A DNA stretch of 64,000 nucleotides. Origin: Klebsormidium nitens. Its lineage: Eukaryota > Plantae > Klebsormidiophyceae. A program made the translations under genes and the position numbers. Shown one piece after another: positions 36,621 through 49,632 of this stretch (positions are counted from its first letter, which is position 1; every line of letters starts with the position of its first letter). Below the pieces are notes generated by a model, which made no database searches, was not told the DNA's origin, and was given only the letters and a program-made list of their open reading frames with translations. The stretch is from assembly GCA_000708835.1 (NCBI GenBank), contig DF237048.1, positions 62,001 to 126,000 of the forward strand. Reading direction: 5' to 3'.

Positions 36621-38169
36621 AGGAGGCGGGCGCGCGCGCCAGATTTTTGTCCAAGAACTAAGTTATTCGACATTCATAAGCTGGCAATAAGTGCGGAGCC
36701 GATGAGTCCGGCCCCGAGCAATTATGCCTGAGCAACCATAAAATTTTCTCGATGACCCGAGTTAAGAGGTGTTGCCCAATAACTAAGAAGGCCTGCAGTG
36801 TCACAAGGAGGACCGACTGCAGGAGGTTTCTCCTTGTTAAACGATTGTGCACTTTACAGCCTCCTTAGTGTGAGTTCATATATGAGTCCTCCTGTCCAGT
36901 AGGTGGTTCCAGTCTTTGCGTTTAGAGGTTTAGAGAGAACTTGTCGTGAGAGCAGAGCAGGTTCTATATCATAGATATTTAGTGTAATACAAATATTGTC
37001 CCCCTGATTGAGTCTAGTCCATGATGGTTGTTCGCAGCTTCCCAACGTGTATTCAGATGTTCAACCACATCGTTTACACCACGCTTCCATACTGGATTTG
37101 AGCCGCTGCAAGCTGAGATGCTGAGTATGCATGACCAGCTGGATAAGCGTGGTGCTTTTGGGCATTCAGTTGGCAGCTCTCGGTCGGAAAGAGTACTGCA
37201 ACTCTTGAAGGGATCTCGGATCGTGTATACAGGGTCTTTTTGGCCGGGAGGATCGGATCTGCAGATTGGTTGGGAACTCAATCAGAGGCCGTACGTTGCA
37301 GTGCTCGGATGATACACGCCGGACATCTTACTCATTCTTCCCAGTGATTGGATTCATGCTTGTTATCATTTCACATGGATGTATGTATGTATGCTGTGAA
37401 GTTTTCCGAAGAGAAGACCGTATACAAGTTTGGCCTATCATTTGGCTCCAAACGCATGGCGAGAACGAACTTAAGGAAACCATCATCCGCATGCTTCGGA
37501 CACGTTTGGCATTGCATCCGATCAACGTGCAACTGGTGCCTGTGGGCCGCGTGCCAGCGGCCAGCTCCAGGCTCGTGCCCCTGCCACAAACGGGCCAATG
37601 CTGACTTGACCGTCTCGGTTGACGATTGATTGGAAATCCCCGATCCACGTGCTAGAACGCGGCCGCTGCCCGCGGCGCCTTTAACGCAAGAATCAAAGAC
37701 ACGAGATTATAACTAAAACATTCGCACCTAAACATACAGAGACAATTAACGAATTTGCCAGACTCTGACCAGACTCTCAACTCTCAACTCTCAGCTGATT
37801 GCTTGAACCGTTGAATCGCGAGAGCCATTTGACGGTGGGCCACTAGGTCCTATACCGGTATCATGGCAACGTACTTTGTGACCGCGACGCAGCGCCCGAG
37901 TCCTTCTTGGGGGATCCCTTCATGGCCCGGCGCCCGTGGATTTGCCACCTGGCCGCCTGCGGTGGCTCCACATGTGAATCGGAGTGACACACTCGATGCC
38001 AACTGTCCAGCTATGACATGGCCCAACTTGCACTTCGGTGGAGAAGATGCCTCGCCCGGCCAATCAGATTACTATAGAGCAAGCTGGGGCTTTCTCTCGC
38101 CCAGTAAAACCGCACCAAGTCTAAAGCTTGCCAGTGCCGCTGGCATCAGAAAGCAGGAAGGTCGAGTCC

Positions 38170-41100
38170 ATGTCGTCTTCTTCTGCGCTGCTATCAGCAG
38201 CACCGGTGGGACCTCATGCTGGTCCTTCTTCTCACCCTAGAGGCACCCCTGCAGCTCATCAAGCACAACGTGTGATTCCAGCACATGTGCAACTTACTAC
38301 AGTTCAAGCACAGGCACCAAGGTGTCGCTTTGGTTCCCGGCCCTCCTTGCGGCGAGTAAGCAATCAGTTGGCGCCCGCACTTCGTGTCCCCGAATCCGCT
38401 GATAATGTCCTGCAGCGATCAGAGCTGTCAAGGCAAAGCTCTCGTGGTTGTTTGGTGAGAGCTCATGAGCAGCAGCTTAAAAGGTTACCGCATCGCTCTG
38501 CTCATAAGCCAAGCACGTGCAAGCGCCCTGCTCTTTGTATAGGTTGCCAATCTCAACCAAGTCCATTCCAAGGAGCCAGATTCCTCTTCAGACCGTCTGG
38601 GCGGCAGGCAGGATCTAGCAAGCGCTCAGGTTATCTTAGCAACGCGTCCGGTCGGCCAGGCGTATTTGATAACCCCGCCCGGTTGAGTCCACTCCCAAAC
38701 CGCCCCCGCTCACACCAGACCAATAATCATAAGCGTAGCTCAGACCCGGTCCCTGGCAAACCAACTAGGCGTGCCCTCGAGATGGTGTGGCCCGGCGCCC
38801 TGCATGCATCCGGCGAGCCGGTGCACCGGCGGTTTGTGCAGGTGAAGGAGAAGCGGTGCTTTTTCACAGACACAGGGAAGGGGCCGCTGGTGGTCATCCT
38901 GTCAAGCCAGCTGGTGCTCTCGCGTTCATACAGGTGGGCTTCTGAAACAGTAACGAATCCAGTCTCCAAAAGGTGACCTCGGAAGAATTGGTGATCGTAG
39001 CTCTTCATTGGGGGCACCGCTAGGAGAAGGAAAAGGGGGTCCGCTAGCCACACAAGCACTCCATCCTCATTTGCGGCTGAGGGCTTCCTCGTCGTAGCTG
39101 AGGGATTACTTATACAGGTCAATCATTGCCTCCCAAAACTTTGATGATCCTGTTCCTGTGTGGAGACCTTGCCGACCTATACAGTTCAATCATGCTTTAA
39201 TCGTGCGAAGATTGATCCTTTTCTTTGTAAAGGTTGTCTTGGTCGTTGTTTGATGTGTGAGCCGGGAGCTTCATCAATTCATTTGGCAAATGCAGCGGTA
39301 ATAAACTTCTTACCTCAACTTTACTAACCTACAGTCATGCCTTGTAAGTGGTAATCCCTCGGAAGCTGCAAAGTCTTGTTCTCTTCATATTCCTCGACTC
39401 CCTTCTCCGTGGCAAGGCAGTCAGGGGTCACTGCCGCTTGTTTTAAGGGTTCCTTTGCTTGTCCCTTTCTTTACTTTGCGTTGCACAGGCTTGACTGGGA
39501 GCTTTACATCGAATCCTTTGAGAGCTTTACCTTACCACGTTTGCTTCGAATTGAGATCATGTAAGAACCTAATTCATTGTAAGACAAAGACTCGTGTCTA
39601 ATGATTGTGCCTGCACAGGTGGACGGCTGAGGTGCTGTCTCAAAACTTCCGGGTGGTTGTCGTGGAGATGCCGGGGTGCGGTAACTCGGACTCCGTATCC
39701 GAGCCCTGGAGCAACAGCCAGTATGCAGGTGAGGGATGCAGAGTGATGATAATCATTCGGGAACGTTTACCATTTCTACTTTTCTGGAATCCGGAGATTC
39801 TGAGTTTCTGGGCTCTTAGGCTAAGTTTGAGGCTAAGATTAAGGCTAAGAGACTTCGTCTTAGCTCTAAGGTGAAAGATGGCTGAGTCTACCGTCCCCAA
39901 AACCTTCTGGTCACTAGGAGCGGGTATTTTGGTTCTGAGACCTACATAGCATGCCCAGGCTTTGTGCAATGTGTTCGACATACACGCACGCAGAGTGGGA
40001 ATACAGTCGACCTATGTTAATGCCTCAAAGGACGAGAGTCCTGAGGTCGCAGGGCCGGAGGTTTCAGGGGTTGAGCCCGTGCAGCAGCGGTGCGATGTCA
40101 TGCCACAGATTACATTACAGATTCGAGATGCTTTGGTCAAGTTGCTCATCTCTTAGTCAGGATAAAGGTGCAAGGGCCTCAGGAGTCTTCCGCTGGCTTA
40201 TAGACGGTGCTGGAGCCAGGTTTCTTACATCGGTGTCTCTTCCAGACCGTTTCACATCCGAGATTTGCTGTGGCTTTCCCTGTGACCTGGTTTGATTACT
40301 ACTTCAGCTGATGTCGCCTCTTCACGCTTTCCAAGCTGTACAATTCCAAGGGTGGTATGGTAGACGGCCAACAAAGTGGTTTCTTTCACTTCAGATTGAA
40401 GTTGTCGGGTACCAAAACGCTTGCAAGCGTCAGCATTTCCCGATGATGCAAAAGCAACTTTTCTCATTGGATGCTCTCTCCTTCGTCATTCCTCTAGCCC
40501 CGCCTTTTCCTCGCCAACATATACAGATACGATGAACGAACAGCTACGTGCTCCCTTCGGGTCTGAAGAATGGGTTGATAAGTTTCCAATCGCTAAACTT
40601 TCTCAAGAATGGCGTTTCCACATCTTCAAGATAAGAGAAAGGAACGAAGTCATACCACTCTTGAAGAATCGTAAAGAAGAAGCGAAGTGCATTTTGTCTC
40701 AATGTGCAGAGTGGGTGAGTAACTTCCTGACCGCTCTCAAGGTCGACGAGGCGGCTGCGCTGGTGGGGCATAGCGACTCGGGAGCGCCCGCGCTCGAGGC
40801 GGCAGTGCGGTTCCCGCAGCAAATCAAGAACCTGATTCTAGTGGACTCTATAGGTTAGTGCACTAACCAACCCCGTTCGATGATGGATTCTTAGTCATAG
40901 GTTAGCGCTTGCAAACCGAAAACAGTTGTGGCACGTCGCACATGACCACCACTTTGCTGAACGCAGTGTCGGGAGTTCAGTTCCGTTAGATCCTGTTGCT
41001 GCAAAGCATTGCTTATTCCTATCTTTCAAAAGATTCGGCAGTTGTCAAGGGCAAGGCTGCATGAGTCACGTCTCGCAAAGCGGCTCTTTAGCGACAAGCA

Positions 41101-43060
41101 GTCTGCGCCACACATTTTGGCCGGAATTTGGGCTCCGCATAGGTCCGCCTTTTGCGAAGCAACGAGATGAGTTCCGGATCGCTCCACGAGGACTCACATC
41201 GCCCTCTGAGTAGTCTTGAAAAGCAGGGCTGGGCTCCCTGAGTCCGGAAACCACTCCCGCGCCACCTTCTTCAGAATGCCCAGCCTTTGTTTCTTCATCT
41301 TTTGCCTGTTGCAGTCCTCCTTCCTTTTCCCCTTCCGTTGCCTTCCTTTTCTCTCCTACTTCCTTTCGTTTGGTATCCGAGCCATTTCCATCTAGAGCCA
41401 ATCTGCCAGTTGCGAGAGCCATCTTGCCACTCTGCAAGCTGCGTCTCCTTTCGACAGGGGCCAATGCCCAGCCTTTGTTCCTTTCCTTTTCTTTCTTCCC
41501 TGATTGCTATCCTCCCTCCAGTCCTCCTTGTATTGCTTCATTCCGTTTTCCAGCTTTCTTTCGTTCGTCTCCGAACCATTTCGAACTAAGACCCAATTTG
41601 CGTCCCCTTTCAGTCCAATCCGAGCCGATCGTAATCAGAGTCCTTTCGCTTTTTTCCTTTTGATTACCAAGGCGTTTCGAAGCAGAGCCGTTCTGCGTCT
41701 CCCTTTGACAGGTGCCAATGCCCCGGACAGTCTCCCCCGGTTGATTCCAACGCATATGGCAGACGTCTTGTTGAGCTCAATTCTTTCGCTGCGTTCGGTG
41801 CACGACTGAGCCGTTCCAAAGTATTCAGAGCCCTTTCGCGCCTCCCTTCTTTTGACAGGTGCCAATGCCCCGGACAGTCTCCCCCGGTTTTTGTTGCGAC
41901 GCTCTGTTGGAAGTCCAATTGCGTCCGTAACTGAGCCGTAATATAACATTTAGAGCCAATTTGCGCCTCCTTCTGTCAACAGGTGCCAATGCCCCGGACA
42001 GCCTCCCCCGGTGTCCTGATGTGAATGGCAGACGCTGCGTCGAATGTTCGTTTCCGTCTATGATTGAGCCGTATCAGATCCTATAATGTCGTTTGGCATC
42101 TTCGTTTCTACAGGTGCCAATGCCCCGGACAGCCTCCCCCGGTTGATCCTGATGCGGATGGCGGACGCTGCGTCGGAGATCCGGTTCAGCGTACCGGGCC
42201 TCTTCCACGCCGGCAAAAATGCCCTGTTCCATACCCGAAACTGGCTGAACCAAATTCGGATATCTGCGGTATACGACCTAACCGACCAGGCGAAACAGGT
42301 AAAGCAATACCCAGGCTTCGTGCGCTTGTTTGAGCGACATACCTCTTGACCTGCCTATTGGGAACATTGCTATGCTGGCTTTCTGGATCGAAAACCTGAA
42401 TCCCCGCAGGGCCCCTGCCTCCCGGCATAGGGTGGTCTTTCAAGTCGGTCATACCTTAGTCCGCCCCGCAAAGGACTGCCGCAAGCGCGGTAGTCCTATT
42501 CTCCCTATTCCGAGCAAGCACTTCGTGTGAACTCGTTTTCGTTAGAAGCGCACCGCACCTATCTTTATCGCCCCCGTTTGTTCCTTTGAAAACAGTTGCA
42601 GCGGTTGGAAGTGTACGAGAGCAATAGTCCTTCTGCAGACCCGCATGGGCAATCAATCGAAGGCCTCCAGAGATTTACCCCAAGTCCCATTTGACAACAC
42701 TTTCAAAGCCAAGCCATGAGTCATGGCCTGGCTTCTTTTTCCCGGCTGACTTTGTCTATTTTCTCTGGCCAGGTAAAAGTCCCCACGCTTTTGGCCTGGG
42801 GACGACGCGACAAGACCATTCCCTTATCCGCCGCGGGAACGTTCTTCCGGCTCATCCCCAACAGCCACGTGTACATATCGGATGACGGGAGCCACAACTG
42901 GCTCATCCAACGGCCCGAGGAGTTTTGCCAGGCCGTCACGGAGTTTGTGCACCGAAAAGATAAGACGTCGACGTTTACGATACAACTAGCGTCGGGGGTG
43001 TTCCAGCGGGAAAAGACAGCAGGGGAAGCAACTGCGCTGGCAGCGAACGGCAGCCGTTGA
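38170..43060 (+). CDS. Alpha/beta-fold hydrolase with long Ser/Arg/Pro-rich N-terminal extension (possible organellar targeting), ~496 aa; exons 38170-38933, 39619-39728, 40710-40853, 42114-42298, 42773-43060
   Basis: FRVVVVEMPGCGNS, nucleophile elbow LVGHSDSG, LILVDS, VPTLLAWGRRD (acid), GSHNWLIQRPEEF (His); GT-AG junctions in phase. Confidence 0.9.
41380..42113 (+). repeat. Array of degenerate acceptor + exon-4 start copies in the hydrolase intron
   Basis: ACAG|G(T/G)GCCAATGCCC(CGGACAG.CTCCCCCGG) units start at 41458, 41712, 41859, 41983; functional exon at 42114. Confidence 0.95.
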
Positions 43061-44707
43061 GAATCGCTGAGCGGTAATCGGACGTCGTAAAGTCCGTATT
43101 CGTGTCTGTAATCGAGTTGAGTCTTTGCCCATGAAGGTAGCGGTTGACCGCCGTTTCCAGGCAGTAGTGGGACCTGCACGCATTGGGCGTTGCTTGTTGA
43201 GTAGGTGTTATTTGTCGAAGTTGTTAGCTGACCGTTCAGTCTCAGCCGCATGAGGGCAAGGTGCTTGTAATTTTCTTTGGCAGGTAGATAACGTGTTGAG
43301 GTAGTTTGTAGGTATTGGTTGATCCGGGCAAGACCCGTGACGCAAGGTCCGTGAAGTTATTTGAGATAGTATAATGCTCCCTGGTAGGCCGTCTGTCTGG
43401 GTTTGTCCCGTTTAGCCGCTGTGCACTTAATCATCTTGGGCAGCATCATGCATGCGTTCACTTGGTCAGCTCGCCAAGTCGATCCGACTGCTTATATTTA
43501 GATTTAGATTTGAATTTACGTCGGTTCGGAGCCGTGGTCGGCTAAGTCGACGAATTAGCTACTCGATAAACTTTGCACTGTACACTAGGGCTGCCCTGAC
43601 TGCAAAGCTTAGATGCAAGAACTTCCCTACTGCGTACTTATCCTGTAGATTGAGGAACGACTTCAAGTCTTTCTCCTAATGCGTACCCATGGTAGCAGAT
43701 GGAGACGAAGTCGTTCGGCAATGTTCCAGATTTGACTCAGACCTTGATCGCGCGGTTCAGGTTTGCCTTAGTAGTAATGATATATAACAGGCACATAACC
43801 AGGATCGACAATATATGGTTTTGCACCAGGGCACGCACAATGATTCCGGGCCGCGCGCAGGGATCGTGCAGCACATGCCGCCAGATCAGTACTGTTGCTA
43901 TCCGCGGGTCCGCTATAGCTCAGTGCGCAGTCGTCGCGCCGCGCAGGATGTATACTATATATAACAAATCCGCTGCATGCACCATTGCCGCCATGGCGCC
44001 GCGGCAATGATGACATGGATAATCAGCAATATCGCATGCCTGGCCCTAGATCTTCCGCAGGGTATCGACTCATGACTCCAGCCCCGCCCTCCATGTCCAG
44101 TCATATGGCATGCTCACGGATGGCACAGACCCCTCGCTGGCCCCGGGCGAGTCGGTCGGCGTGATGCATGGGAAAAGAGCCTTCAACGTTGGATATGAAT
44201 GAAGAGAAACATGCACTTGATTCTTGCCGGGTCATTATAGGGTCCAATAAAGTTTCAAGCAGAGTGACGCCTTAGTAGGCTTGATCGCGTGCACAAATGA
44301 CCCTATCAAGAGATTAAGTCATGCAACCTTTCAGACTTTGTTACTGCATGCGCGGAGACTCTTGCAACAGCTCCTTGGGCTTTGAATCCGAACGAGAAAA
44401 TTATGATTCTCACCGTCTGCGAGTGCCCCATAATGGCGTCCTCATGCGACAAAGTATTCAATTCATTGGCTCTACTACAATAACTCTTTGCGCATTCATT
44501 GAGTACGTGCAACAGGTCAATGAATTGCAAGAAGACATGAAGGGTCAGGGACGGATGGCCAGCGCGCGGCAGCATCATTTGGCTGCTGTGACCGCGGAGA
44601 GCCGCACAGTCTGTACAAACGGTTTACTACAAGTCCGACCACCTCAAATCTTTTTAAGGTAAGCTGTCCAAACTGTATTTGGTGTCAGCGGGGTGTCAGC
44701 TAAGCAT

Positions 44708-46608
44708 TTATTTCCTGAGCAGTAGATACACGTGCAATGCAGAACTACTTTCTAACGCCGATGCCTCCGTGAATGGAGATATGTCCAGCTCGCACGTGTC
44801 CCTGCAGTGAACAAGAAGGTCAATCAGTAATGCAGTTCGCCGCGTGATCAAGCACTGAGCTGCAATGTTAAGTAACCAAGCAAATGCATGCTGAAATCCT
44901 CACTCCAGTATGCTCAATCCAGTTCAGCATACTGTCTATCCCTAACGAAAGATCATCAAATCCGAGCGCGCTCTCTTTCGAGAGCCGCCTTCCGGCCCGG
45001 AAGAACGCGCGTCAAAAGGTGACCATAAATTAGAGGGTCAACACATGTCGCCCATTGAGCGGATGCTCGTTGGATCACGCGCCCCACGGGGATCCCCCTC
45101 TCTTCCCGCTTGATGAAAAGCCTTCCAGTCCGACCATCTTCCGTTCAAGGCTGCAGCGCCCTTTTCGCGAACGGAAACCGGAACGAGCCGAACCCTTACC
45201 CGTCGCTTTGTACATATGTCCACTTCAGCTTGGCGCTCCGGATCTCCTCCCCAAAGATGTCTTCGTCAGCCAACGCGTCCTTAACCGTGCTCTTGAACGT
45301 AGCAACGCTGTGGCATTTTGGCACTTCCACCATGTGCGTGACGGGCGCGCCGCGGCCGCCCTCGTGGAAGCTGACCTGCGGGATCGGAGACTAGTCGCCG
45401 TGAGAAGTGGTAACGATGTAAGTTTAAGTTACCGCTGTGTCATGTTAGAGCGCGGGGGAGGGGTTGGGTTTAGGTTGGGGGTTTAGGGTGCGTACAGGTG
45501 TGGAGCGGGTAGATTTGGTTCTTGGCTTTGACTTTAAAGGTTCCTCCCCGTTCCCATTGCCTATCTCAACCTAGCCCAACCTGATCTCGAATTTGGACTT
45601 AAACCCGTGACACATTGTGACCTCTCGTGATGGTCGCTCTGCGGAAACCTGAACAGGGTTTGAAAGATGTTGAAGTGGTAAGTGGACTTGATTACGCACG
45701 CATGGCACTGGTCAATTGACCAGCTTGTAAAGCTTTTATTTTCGCCTTATCAGGACGAAGATCTAAGTGGAACTGCCACGCTAACGAAACGACGCCCCAA
45801 CCATGCCGGTGGACGCGGGACCCAGACGAAAGACCGAAGGCACCCGTGTTGCGAGCTGAGGACTATACATTTTAGCGGAAGCAGGGGCTGTACAAATGAT
45901 TCCTTCACGTGATTCGGCGAAAGACGAAGGTCTCCAGAGTGCTCCAAACAAGCAGGAAACATGCTCGCAATCTTGTTAAGACCTTGATAAGCAAAAGAGC
46001 GGGAATCCAAACATACTAGAATAGCGGGTCCTGACGTTGCGCACCCATAGTAGACGCGACAAAGAGTGCAAAGGTGGACAAGGAAGCACGTGGTTTACGC
46101 CGGATTGTCAGGGCCAAACTGGTAAATGAAGGGCATATGTGCGTTATCGAAGGCAGGATCGCGTGTCACGTGCAGACTGTGAAAGGCCCGCTTACACGCC
46201 CATGTAGAAACGGCTCCGCAGAAATAAGGAGCGAGAAACTCAGAAAGATCTTGGTCAGTTGCGATTCCCCATCATTACATCCTGCAAATGCAAAGGTGCA
46301 TCAACCAGAGGAAGTCACTTTTGAGACTGATTAAATGAGCAAAGGACTCAATACAGATTTTGCATGATTAAAAGGCACGGTGCAAAGGCGCTTGTATAGC
46401 GTGGCAGTCGCTAAAAAGATGTGGCCCCATAGAAACTTACCCTCAACATCTTCGAGCTTCTGACAGGGCCCCCCTGGCCGCGTTTGGCCGCCGCTTGCTT
46501 GGCGGGAGAAGGGGAAGTCTCCACGCAAGTGGCGGTATCCTTGGTGGAGCCCTCCGGAGGAGACTCGCCGACGATGATGCCGGCGTTCTTTTTGAGGCGT
46601 TTGCGCCG
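44708..46608 (-). CDS. Hypothetical protein, 3' exons 46608-46441, 45375-45200, 44801-44708, ending in a PB1/ubiquitin-like domain
   Basis: Phase-matched GT-AG exons give RRKRLKK...SSKMLR/VSFHEGGRGAPVTHMVEVPKCHSVATFKSTVKDALADEDIFGEEIRSAKLKWTYVQSDG/DTCELDISPFTEASALESSSALHVYLLLRK*; the fold call is pattern-based. Confidence 0.7.
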
Positions 46609-47098
46609 CTGCGCAAATCAGAGCTTTGGTGTGCAAGATGTTCGAAAAACCCAACCGGGATGGCTTCAAGTATATGCAATCAAGTTGTTGTTTCTGATGA
46701 AACAACAACAACTATACATGAGGGCCGCAGATGTGTGAAGAAGTTTCGTTGACGTGACTTGTTTAGCTTCTACATTCTAGCTTCTACATTCGAGCGGAGA
46801 TTGGTCAAGAACGAACCTGACAGCTCATGTTCCTGCCGTTCTGCTCCTCTCTCGGAAACGAAGCTGTCCCAAATGACCACTCTCAGCAACGTGTCACGTA
46901 TTGCAATCAAAGGAGGAGGCACTGGCCTTCAAGAATACCAGCCTCGCTAAAGAGACTCTTGATTTGAGTGAAAGCTTAATTTGCAAGATGAGTGAGGCGT
47001 CTGACCCAGTCTTGACCCAGTATTACTGCTCTTCATGTCTACGGATCTAAGGTGATAGAGCCAAAAAGTGCACCATTGCAAATGTCTGCCTCTCTTAC

Positions 47099-48874
47099 CA
47101 GGCGCTCCTCTTGTAGCATCAAATCGATGGTTTGGAACCACTCGGCGCCCCGATAATGTAACTTTTGCCGCCCCAAGATCTGGCCAAGCCTCTCCTTAGC
47201 AGGCTCAACTTCAGTGATTTGCACCCCCTCTCCAACAGCAGGGGCTACAGTAAGATGTAACGCCCACTGCATGTACACATTCGCGTTGTTAGGAATGTGG
47301 TTGCACAAGCAGTAGCTGAACAGGTTGACCATCTCAGAGCTTATGTGCTCCATGATTGTAGGCGACTGAGCAGGGATGTTGCGATTGGCTAGAACAAACT
47401 TTGGAAAGCGTTCCATCAGCCTTGGAACGACACCTTAGGCAAAATGCCTATGGCAGCGGCCTCAGAGGCAGGAGAGTTCATCAGCTGTCCCTTCCATTCC
47501 ATCTCAAAAGCCTCGGGCGCGCTCATCGAAGTTTCTCCAGCTCACCTTAGAATCTTGCTTGACAGGGGCAATGACACTCTTCTTGGTTCTTCGAGTGTCG
47601 TCCCGCCTGCTTGGACCTCCCTCGTCCGAATCCTGTTCCTCTTCATCTTGGATCTCCGAACCCGACAGATACATCTCATCGCTCTGCTCAGGTTTGATTG
47701 CCGCGTGCAAAATCATTGTGACGGCCCCAGACGCACTGATATCTTCTTGCCAACCTTGGGAAGGCCGCTCAACGACTTTTCGCTTCGCAAAGACCAGTTG
47801 CTCACCCTTCCAAACGTCTCCCCCCGTTTCCAACTTGTACATTTTGAGAAGGACGGGCCATGCGTCTTCCTTGGCTATGCTCAGGACCCAGCTGCAAGGT
47901 CGGAACGGCAGCGCAGCATCAGGGTCAAATTATGCTTTTGAAAGACTGAATGTGAGCGCTTTCAACTGCAACTCCCAAGCCAGGGCTGCAGGAAGCCAAG
48001 AAAGCATACTTCACAGTGCCGCAGCACCCACTTGTACTTACCCAGCCCTGGTCACCCATCACCCATCCACTTGGGCCCGAACCAGGAACTTCTTTGAACT
48101 GGAGTTCAGAACAACGACGCAGAATGCACGCTCAGGCTCAACGAGGAAGTAAAATCCCTTTTCAACAGGGATCTTCTCCAAGTGAAGCTTGTACTCTGCT
48201 GCGACCCAGTATGGAAGGCACCACCAGATGTCTTCACTCGTAAGGTCTGCGTCAATCAAATGCTGAGTCCCTTCTTCGAAAAAGTCTCCTTCGTCACTCT
48301 CGTCATCGTGCTCGCTGGTGCTGGATTCGCTGTCATCTGTGATGTCATCCAAGGGCGCGCCTATGTCGTCCTCAATACACAGAGCGACGCTGCATTTTAG
48401 TCTGTCAGCAACAAACGACTGCAGCAACCCTTGTACAATCTTGGGTTTGAAGTATCTTTCCTCACGACACACTTGCTTGTACAAGTGAGAGCCTTCCAGA
48501 ACTAAGACACAGGTTGCTGAGTCAGGGGCTGTAGCAGCTTCTGTCAGCAGTGCCGTGTTTTTTGAGATCCAGGCACCTCCTTGAACAAAGACGCGGGAGT
48601 CAACGTCGTCCACAATGGTCTCCCTGACAGGAAGGCGGCCTTTGCCCTTTGCCTTCCTTGCCTCGCCCCCGAGTGGCCTTGCCGACATCCATAACCGTGG
48701 CCAAAAGTGGTTGGCCGTCTGCGGCCCTGTTGACAGCCTCATGGCTTCCAGCCTGGACAGGGATTGTCCTCCTCTTGCGTCTTGCCTCGCAAGAATTACT
48801 TTGAACGCTTGATACGCTGTGTGTGTAGCGTGCTGTGCTATGTTTGAAGTTTCCCGCCACCACCGTCGCCTCAT
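47099..48874 (-). CDS. Probable upstream exons of the same hypothetical gene (structure unresolved)
   Basis: Protein-like ORFs 48059-48874 (acidic tract), 47504-47842 and 47039-47416; a donor at 47099 (LQEERL|GTAAGA) joins in phase to the exon at 46608; internal junctions could not be fixed. Confidence 0.5.
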
Positions 48875-49632
48875 AGAATTGACATTAAACTATGCACAAT
48901 AATCCGAGTTGTATTCCAGCAATTCGTCGGGTAAACCGTGGGCGGTAGCCCACTGACTGCCGGCACATGGAAACTAGGACCTACAAAGCGGATGCCGGAA
49001 AAGCAATAGTGCCGTTGCTCGAGAACCGGCACCCCACGGCAATCGCAAGTGCAGGATATAACTCCGCGAGACGTTGACCGAACACGGCAATATTGCAGAA
49101 AGTTGTCAGTTCCGAGTTCAAGGCTGGGGGATCCCTTTCCGCCGCTTGCACCGATTGAAAGACCGAAGTGCCGCAGGCCGAGTGTTAATACGAGCCTCGG
49201 TCATCAATCAATATCTTACTTTGAGCAGGGTTTGAATTAGTACCCCTGCAATGATACAAATAGTAACAAACGCTGCAACCCGTGCGCGGCCTCAACCCAT
49301 GCACGCACTTGACAAACGCTTTTTCGGAGGCAGCGGCGGCGATAGTTCTCTGGGCAGTGATCGATTGCAACAGTCGACAACAATTCCACAGCATGCAGGG
49401 CAAGGCCCTCGTCTTTGCTCAAGACTCACGTTGCTTTTGGGCTGGAACTTACATCCAACTCCAAACCGGCCAACAATTCGAGTCAAGCCTGCAAGCGGCT
49501 ACAGAGCTTCCTAGACTTAGTGGTCTTGTCCAGTGGTCTTGTGAACGCCTATACCTTAATCAACGTAAGGTCACCCAAACCAAATTTAAGGGCACCTTAA
49601 CCAAAGAACGATGCATACTCGGCTCGTGGGTA

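Noticed and set aside
36658-37648. Several protein-like short ORFs on both strands
   Set aside because: Strand and structure ambiguous; no motif or consistent splice model.
43983-44009. Perfect 9-bp GC-rich hairpin (possible Helitron 3' end)
   Set aside because: Nearest CTAG is about 37 nt away and no other Helitron features are seen; could be chance.
44321-44662. 113-aa plus-strand ORF ending near a GTAAGC donor
   Set aside because: Isolated, with no partner exons or homology.
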